Assembly (NCBI GenBank): GCA_040387495.1
Contig: JAZKDQ010000003.1
Coordinates: 124,001 to 188,000, forward strand
Source: Pseudomonadota bacterium
GTDB taxonomy: Bacteria; Pseudomonadota; Alphaproteobacteria; Paracaedibacterales; CAIOTO01
Length of the DNA stretch: 64,000 bases
Reading direction: 5' to 3'
Part shown: piece by piece, positions 54,413 through 64,000 of the stretch
Layout of the letters: every line of letters starts with the position of its first letter
Position numbering within the stretch: position 1 is the first letter of the stretch
Program-made: the position numbers and the translations under genes
The notes under the pieces: generated by a model
Seen by the model: only the letters and a program-made list of their open reading frames with translations
What the model was told of the DNA's origin: nothing
Database searches by the model: none

Positions 54413-55380
54413 AACGCGCTGCTATTGTCTCATTACTCATACATATTTTTATCTTTATTCTTATTTTAGTAGGAATAGGTGACCCCTTTAATCGTTTGAT
54501 TAAAGACAATAGTCCTATGGTCATTGATTTTGTAAACGTGGCAGAGACATCAGCAGCACCAAAGCTATCCCCAATAAATCAGAAAAAGCAGGATGCTGTA
54601 AAACCACTTGCTGAAACAAAACCTCAAGAAACGACGCCTCCACCACCAGAGGAAAAGAAGGTTCTTGAAGAAACTAAGATAAAGTCAGAACCAAAGCCTG
54701 AGCCAAAATCAGAACCGAAAAAGGAAGAGCCAAAAGTTGATCCTGACGCTGCACCTATCTTGAAAAAAGATCCAAAGAAACAAGAGCCTAAAAAAGATAA
54801 TAAAAAAGATAATAAAAAAGATGACAAGAAAAAAGATATTGTAAAACCAAAAGCGGACAAGCAAAAAGAAACCTTGAAAGATCAAAAGAAAACAAAAAAG
54901 ACAGATGATAAAGCCCTTGTGAATTTGCATAAGGCAAAGACAAACGATAAAAATAAAAAACCAGATGCGAAAGCTAAAAATTCAGCGAAGGCTATGGATG
55001 ATCTTTTAAATAAACTAGTTGATGAGGATGGTAGTGATCAGCAGGGGGCGCCTGCAGATTCGGTTGGTGCGACTTTAACTGCTAATGAAATTGATGCTGT
55101 GCGCCAAGCAATTCGAAAATGTTGGACGTTCCATGCAGGGTCTCAAGGTGCTAAGGATATTGTCGTTGATATCCAGATGGAGCTTGAACCTGATGGAACT
55201 GTCAAAACAGCAGAAATTATGGATAAAGATCGCATGGCAAAAGATCCTGCGTTTAGAACAGCAGCAGAAAGCGCAAAGCGTGCAGTGCTAGACAAAGATT
55301 GTAGTCCATTACCATTTCCACCTAAGAAATATGAACAATGGAAGACAAGCGCATTCCGCTTTAATCCAAAAGATATGTGA
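54409..55380 (+). CDS. tolA: TolA-like protein
   Basis: N-terminal TM with SxxxH, K/P/E-rich linker, IRKCW..AAESAKRAV..CSPL..YEQWK..F.FNP domain. Confidence 0.85.
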   Translation: MKRAAIVSLLIHIFIFILILVGIGDPFNRLIKDNSPMVIDFVNVAETSAAPKLSPINQKKQDAVKPLAETKPQETTPPPPEEKKVLEETKIKSEPKPEPKSEPKKEEPKVDPDAAPILKKDPKKQEPKKDNKKDNKKDDKKKDIVKPKADKQKETLKDQKKTKKTDDKALVNLHKAKTNDKNKKPDAKAKNSAKAMDDLLNKLVDEDGSDQQGAPADSVGATLTANEIDAVRQAIRKCWTFHAGSQGAKDIVVDIQMELEPDGTVKTAEIMDKDRMAKDPAFRTAAESAKRAVLDKDCSPLPFPPKKYEQWKTSAFRFNPKDM

Positions 55381-55477
55381 TAATATTTTTATTATTCTCG
55401 TGCTTGAGTTACGACTCTGTACGAATATTAATTGGAATGTTGTAATCTCCCGTCATGGCATAGCGTAATGATGGCCA

Positions 55478-56014
55478 TTAAGATGCGTAGCTTTTAAGCC
55501 TCGCCCTTAAATCATCCCAATCGAAATGTGGTCCCGGATCAATTTTTCTTGTCGGCGCAATATCATTGTGGCCAACGATATGGTCTGTAGGAATTGAAAA
55601 TCTAATCTGTAAATCACGCACTAGGTCAGCCAACGCCTGCATTTGAACACTAGGGTAGGGTGGCCATTCCCCAAATTGTTCTTTATAGGTCATCCCGCCA
55701 TTGTGCAATTCAATTCCAATAGAATTATTATTTACATTATCACATCCATTCCAATGGCTGACGCCGGCATGCCATGCACGCTTATCATCAGAAACCAATT
55801 GGTATATAGTTCCATCATCATCAATAAGGTAGTGCGCGCTAAGTTGTGATGCTGGGTCAAGATGACACGCAAGAAATTCTTCAAAAATCAAATAATCCGT
55901 ATAATGTACCACTATGCAATTAATAGGCTGACCCTCAGGGCGATCATTAAAATTCGATGATAGTCGTGCAAGGATTGTGCGACCGGAGGGCAGTGTTCGA
56001 GTTTTAAGTGTCAT
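55478..56014 (-). CDS. N-acetylmuramoyl-L-alanine amidase (Amidase_2, AmpD/AmiD-like)
   Basis: IVVHYT, SAHYLI, RAWHAGVS, NNNSIGIEL, VGHNDIAPTRKIDPG. Confidence 0.93.
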   Translation of the reverse strand: MTLKTRTLPSGRTILARLSSNFNDRPEGQPINCIVVHYTDYLIFEEFLACHLDPASQLSAHYLIDDDGTIYQLVSDDKRAWHAGVSHWNGCDNVNNNSIGIELHNGGMTYKEQFGEWPPYPSVQMQALADLVRDLQIRFSIPTDHIVGHNDIAPTRKIDPGPHFDWDDLRARLKSYAS

Positions 56015-56625
56015 ACAAAGAAGAACCCCATTTTTTTAAATCCTTGTGGATTAGACATTTTATTAATAGATTGTAATACATAGTTTGCTGCTTGAAATGG
56101 TGAAACGTTGGTTGTATCAATTTTAATATCGTATTCTCGGATGCCATCATGAACGCGATTAATTTGACCATTTGCTAAGCCAAGGGCACGATCACGTCTT
56201 AGTATTTCTCTCTCTTGCATTTGCTTTAGATCGCAAAAAATGCCAATGAAATAAACGGTGTGTTCTTTAAGTTGATCGACATACGTTCTTAAAACAGAAT
56301 CGCCAAATAAAACTTCATCAATGATCATGTCATTACCTTGGTCTGCGAGTGTTTTTGCAATGGTTGGAGCTTTGCCAAAAACACGTTCCCCGAGGGCCCC
56401 TTCTTTAATATTTATAAGAGGACCATTTTCATTTTGACTGGGTACAAAAGAAAAATATCCTTCATGCACTTTTTCGCCACCAGCAATGTATTGAGTTGGC
56501 AGCATATCGATAAGCATATCCATACTGAAATGTAGCAAAGCATTTGGACTTAAGTGTTGTAAGCTATGTGCTATAGATGTTTTTCCTGACGAACCACATC
56601 CATTTAAAAAAATGATTAAACTCAT
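56011..56625 (-). CDS. chloramphenicol phosphotransferase-like P-loop kinase
   Basis: IIFLNGCGSSGKTSIA, GNDMIIDEV, REILRRDRALGLA..Q..VH..YDIKIDT. Confidence 0.85.
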   Translation of the reverse strand: MSLIIFLNGCGSSGKTSIAHSLQHLSPNALLHFSMDMLIDMLPTQYIAGGEKVHEGYFSFVPSQNENGPLINIKEGALGERVFGKAPTIAKTLADQGNDMIIDEVLFGDSVLRTYVDQLKEHTVYFIGIFCDLKQMQEREILRRDRALGLANGQINRVHDGIREYDIKIDTTNVSPFQAANYVLQSINKMSNPQGFKKMGFFFV

Positions 56626-56796
56626 TTCTTCACAAAATCCTTAATAAACTATATACTATTATAAAATATCATAATATGTGAGCCTTGTATCGTGAAAATT
56701 TTATCTCAATAAGCCCAGTTCAGGGCAAAACCTAAGGCGCACCAAATCTGGTTGAGCCGTTGTTTTAAGTTCCTTTGACTTATTTGAGAGTTTTTT

Positions 56797-58233
56797 ATGA
56801 CACATATTACAATTAAAGACCTATGTCTATCGTTCCCCCATAAAGTTTGTTTTGAATCCTTTTCTGCGCATGTTCCGTCTGGCAGTCGTATTGGTATTAT
56901 TGGCGTAAATGGCAGTGGAAAATCTACTTTGCTGAAGATACTTCAAGGAGAGGTGTTGCCGACGGATGGTGTTATCAAAATGCCTGATAATGTTCAAATA
57001 GGTTATGTGCCGCAGCTGATCGAAGGTTTTGATTCACTTAGTGGTGGACAAAAATTTAATGCAGCGTTGACCGAGGCTCTTGCACAAAACCCAGATGTAT
57101 TGCTCCTGGATGAGCCAACAAATCATTTGGATGCTAATAACCGAAAATCGTTAATGCGTTTGCTTCATAGTTATAATGACACGCTGATTATTGTTACACA
57201 TGATGTGGAACTGCTGCGCACTATAATTGATACGATCTGGCATATTGATCAGGGTGAAATCCAAGTGTTCACTGGCAATTATGATGATTATATGCGCGAA
57301 TGTGGAATTAAACGTGCAAGGATTGAACATGAATTAAATCAGTTTAATCAACAAAAGAAAGACGTGCATCAATCATTGATGAGAGAGCAAGCGCGTGCTA
57401 AGAATAGTTCTCTACATGGTGTGAAAATGATAGAGCAACGAAAGTGGCCAACTGTTTCTTCTGCTGCCAAGGTACGAAGAGCTGTTGAAACATCTGGTCA
57501 GAAAAAAAGAACAATAAGTGATGAACGCGAGGATCTTATTAAAAAATTACGCGATGTACGTTTGCCAGAACTAATCAAGCCTACATTTTCGTTAAACGCA
57601 GATGATATTGGTGTTCGGACTCTTGTTGCTATAACCGATGGAAGTGTTGGATGTTGTGCTGATCAGCCAATTGTTTCGGATATACATTTGTCAATTCTAA
57701 GTGGCGAGAGAATTACTATTTCCGGTGATAATGGCTCAGGAAAAACAACGCTTATTAAAGGCATTTTAAATAATTCTGCTATTATACGTTCTGGCAGTTG
57801 GGTTGTACCAAAAATGGGCGATATTGGATATCTTGATCAAAGCTATGGCACCCTTGATCCAACACAAACAGTCTTTGAAACGATCCATTTATTAGTGCCA
57901 GATTGGACGCATGCAGAAATTCGAAAACATCTGAACGATTTTCTTTTTCGTAAGAATGAAGAAGTAAATTCACGCGTAGCAAAACTTTCAGGTGGTGAGC
58001 AGGCAAGATTATCGCTTGCACAAATAGGTGCAAAGACGCCGAAGTTGTTGATTCTTGATGAAATTACAAACAATCTTGATCGAGAAGCGCGTGCACATGT
58101 AATTGATGTTTTAAATGTGTACCCTGGTGCAATGATTGCTATTTCCCATGATGAGAATTTTTTAGCGAGAATTGGAATCTGCACTGTTTATCGTGTGGAT
58201 AATGGAAAACTAAAAAGGATCTTATTATCTTGA
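56797..58233 (+). CDS. ABC-F family ATPase
   Basis: Two NBDs (GVNGSGKS/LSGGQ/LDEPTNHLD and GDNGSGKT/LSGGE/LDEITNNLD), no TM segments. Confidence 0.92.
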   Translation: MTHITIKDLCLSFPHKVCFESFSAHVPSGSRIGIIGVNGSGKSTLLKILQGEVLPTDGVIKMPDNVQIGYVPQLIEGFDSLSGGQKFNAALTEALAQNPDVLLLDEPTNHLDANNRKSLMRLLHSYNDTLIIVTHDVELLRTIIDTIWHIDQGEIQVFTGNYDDYMRECGIKRARIEHELNQFNQQKKDVHQSLMREQARAKNSSLHGVKMIEQRKWPTVSSAAKVRRAVETSGQKKRTISDEREDLIKKLRDVRLPELIKPTFSLNADDIGVRTLVAITDGSVGCCADQPIVSDIHLSILSGERITISGDNGSGKTTLIKGILNNSAIIRSGSWVVPKMGDIGYLDQSYGTLDPTQTVFETIHLLVPDWTHAEIRKHLNDFLFRKNEEVNSRVAKLSGGEQARLSLAQIGAKTPKLLILDEITNNLDREARAHVIDVLNVYPGAMIAISHDENFLARIGICTVYRVDNGKLKRILLS

Positions 58234-58287
58234 TTATCTTTCTGCTTTTTAGGTACTGTGAGTAAACTATTTTAAACTGAGTGTTTT

Positions 58288-58983
58288 ATGAAATTAGCTA
58301 TCCATCACTTTGAATCCGTCGTGAGCACAAATGAACTTTGCAAGCATTATGTAAATGAAGGTGCTGGTGAAGGTGCTATTATTTTAGCTGATATGCAAAC
58401 TGCTGGTAAAGGGCGGCACGGCCGTGTGTGGGCATCACCAGTAGGCAATTTATATACATCGATCTTGTTGACACCATCGGTTTATGAGGATGCACCGCCG
58501 ATAAAAGCATACGCACAACTGGCATTTATGACTGGGCTAGGGGTGATAAAAGGATTGGAATCACTTGGTGCATCAGGCGTTCAATTGAAATGGCCCAATG
58601 ATGGTCTCGTTAATGGGCAAAAGCTATTTGGTATTTTGGTTGAATGTGTGGATGATGCTGTCATTGTGGGGATCGGTGTCAACGTCAATCATGCGCCTGA
58701 AGATGTTGGTCAGGCAACAACATCATTGAAAGCGCTATTGGGTTCAGAGCTCGATGTTGCGGATGTATTCCATGCTGTATTAAAAAGTTTTTGGCAGGTT
58801 TATCGCCAGTGGATATCTGAAGGATTTGATGCTATTCGTTCTGAATGTATGACGCACGCGCTTGGGCTCAATACAGAAATGACGTTTGAGGATAAGACGG
58901 GTGTATTCACTGGTGTTTCAGATGATGGTGCCTTGTTGTTAACGGCAATAGATGGGACTGTGCATGCAATTGTAACGGTTTAG
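58288..58983 (+). CDS. birA: biotin-protein ligase (no HTH domain)
   Basis: STN, QTAGKGRHGRVWASP.GNLY, LKWPND, GIGVN. Confidence 0.95.
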   Translation: MKLAIHHFESVVSTNELCKHYVNEGAGEGAIILADMQTAGKGRHGRVWASPVGNLYTSILLTPSVYEDAPPIKAYAQLAFMTGLGVIKGLESLGASGVQLKWPNDGLVNGQKLFGILVECVDDAVIVGIGVNVNHAPEDVGQATTSLKALLGSELDVADVFHAVLKSFWQVYRQWISEGFDAIRSECMTHALGLNTEMTFEDKTGVFTGVSDDGALLLTAIDGTVHAIVTV

Positions 58984-59004
58984 TACTCCGTTACATATTT
59001 TTAA

Positions 59005-60090
59005 TTAAGCATCGCCAATATAAATTCCAAGGCTTTTGGCTGTTTTAATTAAAACATCATCCAATGAAACTGCTTGATAATGATCAATTGCGTCTTGTAT
59101 TGGAATATCAACAACTTGACGGTGTTGCCATGCAACCATACGGTCAAATTTTCCTTGAGAAATAAGATCAACAGCGCACACACCAAAGGATGAAGCGATA
59201 AGTCGATCAAGTGCATTTGGCCTTGCACCACGTTGAACATGACCTAATACAGTTACACGTGTTTCTGCGCCAGTCATTTTTTCAATTTTTTCACCAAGAT
59301 ATTGCCCGATGCCGCCGTACCGAGGGCGGCCGCCAGGTTCTGATACGATCGTTGCTGATTCACCATTTTCTTTTCGGGCGGCTTCCGCAACAATGATGAT
59401 TGCAAAATTACGACCGACGCTTGCTAGGCTTTGGATTTTTTTACAAATATTGGAAAGTGTATATGGAATTTCGGGGATAATAATAGCGTCAGCACCACCT
59501 GAAATGCCAGCGCCAAGAGCGATATGGCCAGCATCACGTCCCATGACTTCAAGAACCATGACGCGTTGATGGCTTGCCGCTGTTGGTTGTAGGCGATCAA
59601 GTGCTTCTGTTGCTACTTCAAGCGCCGTGCTATACCCTACAGCAATTTCTGTATGTCCAAGGTCGTTATCAATGGTTTTTGGTATGGTGACAAGATTTAA
59701 ATTACCTTTTTGAGCAAGATCTCTCAAAATCTTCATGCTACCGTCTCCGCCGATACCAATCAGTGCATCAAGACCAAGTTCATGATAACCAGCAATAAGG
59801 TCGTCTGATCGATCAGTACGTGTGCCGTCTGTATTTGGAAAATCAAATGGGTCAGCTTTGTTGGTGCTACCAAGCATGGTGCCACCACTGCGTAACATCG
59901 CGCTGTCACACATTGCTGGTGTAAGTATTTGAGTTTCAAGTGGACGGGTTATTAAGCCAGTTGTGCCATTTCGAATACCTACAACTTCCCAGCCATAGGT
60001 TTGGCATGCATGATGAGTAATAGCACGTAGTGTGGCATTTAGGCCAGCGCAGTCGCCGCCACTTGTAAGGACGCCAATTCGTTTGATCAT
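59005..60090 (-). CDS. pfkA: 6-phosphofructokinase, probably ATP-dependent
   Basis: LTSGGDCAGLN, IGGDGS, PKTIDND, EVMGRDAG, LGHVQRG. Confidence 0.92.
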   Translation of the reverse strand: MIKRIGVLTSGGDCAGLNATLRAITHHACQTYGWEVVGIRNGTTGLITRPLETQILTPAMCDSAMLRSGGTMLGSTNKADPFDFPNTDGTRTDRSDDLIAGYHELGLDALIGIGGDGSMKILRDLAQKGNLNLVTIPKTIDNDLGHTEIAVGYSTALEVATEALDRLQPTAASHQRVMVLEVMGRDAGHIALGAGISGGADAIIIPEIPYTLSNICKKIQSLASVGRNFAIIIVAEAARKENGESATIVSEPGGRPRYGGIGQYLGEKIEKMTGAETRVTVLGHVQRGARPNALDRLIASSFGVCAVDLISQGKFDRMVAWQHRQVVDIPIQDAIDHYQAVSLDDVLIKTAKSLGIYIGDA

Positions 60091-60178
60091 AAAGGATATT
60101 ATTTCGATTCACTTGAAAATAAGAGTAGGTGATTTGATTAAGTTTGTACAGATTCTTGTTTGTTTTAAGAATGTTTTC

Positions 60179-62764
60179 TCAGTTGTTTAAAAGGAACCAT
60201 GTTGAGCCCGTAAGTATTTCGGTGTTGGTATTTGCTTCGTCTTGTACAATTACATTTGTCCCTCTTCCTGAAAGAATAATAGCAAAAGTCCCTATGTGTT
60301 TACCCTTTAAGGTCACTGTGTGTCCACCACTAATGATTAATACACCTGTTGTTCCACTAGGTGCATGGCATGTTATTGCCCCTGAGAAGGTTGTTGGTTG
60401 ATTCACATTAATTGTAGCAATTGCATTGCCATCAGTTTCACTTGAACCGAAAGTGATTGGGTTTGTTATGATTGGCGTTCCCTTAGTACTAACTGAAAGC
60501 GTTGTTTTTTTGGAAAGGTCAATTGTGCCGCTTAGTGCACTTGTATTTGTTAGTGCAAGTGTGCCGGTTGATACAGTGACTGTGCCTGAGTAAGGAGTTG
60601 TCCCAGAAAACGTTAATGTACCTGGTCCTTTCTTCGTTACGTTATTAATAGAGCTTGTTATTCTTCCAGAGAAATTTGAACCATTTTGAGCCGTAACTGT
60701 AAGGGTTGCTGTCTTGTCGCCTGAGCTGTGAATGGTTCCCCTGCCACTTGGATCAATCAATGTGCGTGCAGTTCCATTTAAGTCGTAAGTGCCTGACACA
60801 GTTACACCACTGGAGGCAGCAATGTCCCCGATAAGAGTGCTACCACTGTTAATGTTTATCATTCCTGTGTATGCATTTGCTAGGGATAATGTTAATACTT
60901 TAGATCCATTTATTGTTAAATTTTTAATTGTGTTGGCTATTATTCCAGAAAAAGTTGAACCATTTTTTGATGTAAGTGTAAGTGCTGCATTGGCGTTCGA
61001 GCTTTGAATTGTTCCTGTGCCGCTTGGATCAATTAATGTTCGTGCGGTCCCGTTTAAATCATAAATACCTGCTATTACAACCCCAACAGATGTCCCTATG
61101 TTGCCAATGAGTTTCTTTCCAGAATTGATTGTTGTGGTACCTGTGTATGTATTGGCCGCTGGTAATGTTAATGTGCCAGATCCAATGTGCTGTAATGCAC
61201 CTGTTCCACTGATAACACCTGTATATGTATAAGAATCTGACCTATTGAATGAAAGTGTTGCATTATTGACGATATTGCTGCTTGCAATGCTACCTGTTGT
61301 GGCTCCTGCACCGATTTGCATTGTGCCGGTATTAATTATTGTTTTTCCCGAGTAGGTGTTTGCTCCAGATAGTATGATTGTTCCAGCACCAGATGTTGTG
61401 AATGTCCCTGTTCCAGCAATCACACCTGGATAGGTAGTAGCATCTGAACGATTGAATGTGAGCTTATCATTGTTAACGATACTATTACTTGCAATACTGC
61501 CACTCGTAGAGCCTGAACCAATTTGTAAGGTACCATTCGTGATTGTTGTTGTGCCGGTATAGGTGTTTGTGCCAGTCAAGATGAGTACACCCTTTCCATT
61601 TTTACGTAATGAATTGGCACCCGTTATATTGCCAGAGACTGTGAGTGAATAGGTAGATGTAGCTATGGTGCCTTCTGTTGTTAGAGTGATTGGCTGACTT
61701 AATATTAAGTTAGCATTTGCTTGAAGTATGCCTCCAGCAAGGATAATCATGCCAGACCCCATATTATTTGTAGATGCAATATTTAGTGTTCCTGCCCTGA
61801 TAATTGTGTTGCCGGTATATGTATTGGCACCTCTCAAAAGAGTTTTTCCAGATCCGATCTGTGTTAAAATACCTGTTCCACTAATAACACCTGAATAGGT
61901 GTATTCATTTGATCTATTAAAAGAAAGTATTCCATTATTAACGATGCTGTTGCTTGTGATGCTGCCAGTTGTGGATCCTGCGCCAATTTGGAGGGTTCCT
62001 GCGCTTATAGTTGTAATTGTGCTGCTTGTCATATTATTAGTTCCTGACATGATAAAAGTGCCAGGCCCGGTTTTTGTCAATCCATTAATTGTACTTGCTA
62101 ATGTTCCAGAAAAAATTGTGGATTTTTCAAATGCAGATGATGCAAGTATCAATGCAGCAGAAGTGCTGCCTGAACTTCGAATTGTTCCTGTACCACTAAG
62201 ATCGATGAGAGTGCGTGCAGTTCCGCTTAAATCATATGTACCTGACACGGTTACACCGACAGACTTAGAAATGTCTCCGACAAGTGTGCTGCCAGCATTA
62301 ATGCTTGTTGCGCCTACATATGAGTTTGTTCCAGACAATATAAGAGTTTTAGATCCATTTACGGTTAAACTGTTAATTGTATTTGCAATCGTTCCAGAAA
62401 AAGTCGAACCGTTTGTTAATGTGATTGTTAATGCTGCATTCGAATTTGAACTTTGAATGATTCCAGAACCGCTTGGGTCAATTATTGTGCGCGTAGTCCC
62501 ATTTAAATCATATCCAGCATTTGTTGTTACAACACTTGTTATTGCTGCTGGAGTAGTAATGGTTGCTGACACCGCCGTCGTTGTCTTTGCTGATGCACTT
62601 TGTGTGCCTGCACTTTTAAGATCTATATTTAAAAATATTGAACAAAATATAATATATTTCAAGAATAATTTGCTTAATAAATATTGTTTGCTTTTAGCTA
62701 TGTTGGTGTTTTTTTCTGAGTTTAAATCATAATTCGAGATAAGATAAGATGATTTAATACTCAT
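60179..62764 (-). CDS. autotransporter-passenger-like beta-strand repeat protein lacking a C-terminal beta-barrel
   Basis: Repeated G.GTL.L.G.NTYTG.T.I..GTL.IG and YDLNGT.RT.IDPSG units; ends shortly after the repeats. Confidence 0.85.
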   Translation of the reverse strand: MSIKSSYLISNYDLNSEKNTNIAKSKQYLLSKLFLKYIIFCSIFLNIDLKSAGTQSASAKTTTAVSATITTPAAITSVVTTNAGYDLNGTTRTIIDPSGSGIIQSSNSNAALTITLTNGSTFSGTIANTINSLTVNGSKTLILSGTNSYVGATSINAGSTLVGDISKSVGVTVSGTYDLSGTARTLIDLSGTGTIRSSGSTSAALILASSAFEKSTIFSGTLASTINGLTKTGPGTFIMSGTNNMTSSTITTISAGTLQIGAGSTTGSITSNSIVNNGILSFNRSNEYTYSGVISGTGILTQIGSGKTLLRGANTYTGNTIIRAGTLNIASTNNMGSGMIILAGGILQANANLILSQPITLTTEGTIATSTYSLTVSGNITGANSLRKNGKGVLILTGTNTYTGTTTITNGTLQIGSGSTSGSIASNSIVNNDKLTFNRSDATTYPGVIAGTGTFTTSGAGTIILSGANTYSGKTIINTGTMQIGAGATTGSIASSNIVNNATLSFNRSDSYTYTGVISGTGALQHIGSGTLTLPAANTYTGTTTINSGKKLIGNIGTSVGVVIAGIYDLNGTARTLIDPSGTGTIQSSNANAALTLTSKNGSTFSGIIANTIKNLTINGSKVLTLSLANAYTGMININSGSTLIGDIAASSGVTVSGTYDLNGTARTLIDPSGRGTIHSSGDKTATLTVTAQNGSNFSGRITSSINNVTKKGPGTLTFSGTTPYSGTVTVSTGTLALTNTSALSGTIDLSKKTTLSVSTKGTPIITNPITFGSSETDGNAIATINVNQPTTFSGAITCHAPSGTTGVLIISGGHTVTLKGKHIGTFAIILSGRGTNVIVQDEANTNTEILTGSTWFLLNN

Positions 62765-62824
62765 TATAATTTTTTTCCATACAATTTTATATATTGCTGT
62801 TTTTTTATTATAAGTATTAAATAA

Positions 62825-62839
62825 TTAATATTACGTTAA
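62825..62839. promoter_or_regulatory. CtrA-type box TTAA-tattacg-TTAA
   Basis: Exact match, 61 bp upstream of the start at 62764. Confidence 0.55.
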
Positions 62840-62874
62840 ATGTTTTGGTTCTTATTTCCAATATTCTTGTAAGA

Positions 62875-64000
62875 TTAGCTAATCCACCGTTTTTCTGCTG
62901 CATCTAGAGTGCTATCAACTAGGGCTTTACGAATTTCAGTTAATAATTGATTCATAAAATGAATGTTGTGTATGGAAATGAGTGTGCTCGCAATCATTTC
63001 CCTTGCTTTGAGCAGGTGATGTATGTATCCGCGTGAATAATTCTTGCACGTTGAGCATGTGCAATCGGGATCAATTGGATTGTTATCCAAGCGAAAGCGT
63101 AGGTTGCCTAAATTTATGTGCTCCTTTGTGTTTCCCTCGACAGATGATGGTTTTACAAGTGCGCCACCATGGCGTGCAAGTCTCGTTGGGTGCACGCAGT
63201 CAAAGGTGTCAATCCCAGCGCGAACACCATTAAATATATCCCTGATTCCACCAATGCCAAGCAAATGAATAGGGCGAGCCCGATCAAGTTTGGATGCTGT
63301 GAAATTAACAACATCATACATTTGTTCTTTTGATGCACCAAGGGAGCCCCCAATTGCATGACCAAAGAAATTTTGTGAATTGACAAAATCACAACCTTGC
63401 TCACGCAGGTCTTCATATACGCCGCCTTGGATAATCCCATATAAACGTTGTTGGCCGTTTTCGTTGAGATTAACAAATTCAGTCAAGCAGCGCTTTGCCC
63501 AACGATGGCTCATCTCCATAGAATCTTTTGTATATGTTTTTTCGACATGAAATGGTGTGCATTCATCCAACACAACAATCATATCAGCGCCTAATTTATG
63601 CTGTATGCGAATTGACTCTTCTGGAGTAAGCATCCATGAACTACCATCAATATAGGATTTAAAACGTGCGCCTTCTTCTGTAATGCGAAGCAATGTTTTA
63701 GGACGCTGATTATTTTGACGCCCTTTAATTTCATTGGCAATAGAGCCATGACCAAGGCTAAAAATTTGAAAGCCACCAGAATCAGTCAACATAGGCCCAC
63801 GCCAACCGGTGAACTTTTGAAGGCCACCATGATGTGCAACAACGTCAGCGCCTGGTTGTAACATCAAATGATACGTATTTGATAAAATAATTTGTGTGCC
63901 CGCTTCACGCATTTGCTCTGCAGTAACACTTTTGATTGCGGCTTTTGTGGCGCAAAAAATAAACGCAGGGGTTTCAACGACGCCGTGTGGGGTTTCAAGT
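62875..64000 (-). CDS. tgt: tRNA-guanine transglycosylase (5' end outside window)
   Basis: Frame stays open to the window edge (LETPHGVVETPAFIF); SNTYHL, LTDSGGFQIFSL, GIIQGG, DTFDCVHPTR, CTCSTC. Confidence 0.96.
   Translation of the reverse strand, partial: LETPHGVVETPAFIFCATKAAIKSVTAEQMREAGTQIILSNTYHLMLQPGADVVAHHGGLQKFTGWRGPMLTDSGGFQIFSLGHGSIANEIKGRQNNQRPKTLLRITEEGARFKSYIDGSSWMLTPEESIRIQHKLGADMIVVLDECTPFHVEKTYTKDSMEMSHRWAKRCLTEFVNLNENGQQRLYGIIQGGVYEDLREQGCDFVNSQNFFGHAIGGSLGASKEQMYDVVNFTASKLDRARPIHLLGIGGIRDIFNGVRAGIDTFDCVHPTRLARHGGALVKPSSVEGNTKEHINLGNLRFRLDNNPIDPDCTCSTCKNYSRGYIHHLLKAREMIASTLISIHNIHFMNQLLTEIRKALVDSTLDAAEKRWIS

Overview
AT-rich alphaproteobacterial chromosomal DNA (ctrA, mucR, petC, phaZ, tolQRA). 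It most resembles a Holosporales-type protist endosymbiont, which is an inference from gene content. The housekeeping backbone includes ybeY, phoH, dnaX, lon, rpsU, ligA, rnhA, bamD, recN, miaB, polA, rpmH-rnpA-yidD-yidC-engB, birA, pfkA, tgt, SRP RNA and three tRNAs. Scattered through it are many unrecognised secreted low-complexity or repeat proteins. Main observations: (1) perfect CtrA-type TTAA-N7-TTAA boxes lie 39-62 bp upstream of six of these secreted-protein genes; (2) a 172-bp duplication of the rpsU 3' end and its three-hairpin 3' UTR has structure-preserving substitutions and brackets a signal peptide-UIM-ankyrin gene broken at an A8 run; (3) two families of small palindromic intergenic elements; (4) a ProQ/FinO gene beside tRNA-Leu; (5) a divergent CPT-like / armless ABC-F pair with a possible attenuator; (6) a TGT with a non-canonical GGSLG substrate loop. 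No CRISPR array, integrase or transposase was seen. All calls were made by eye, without database searches.
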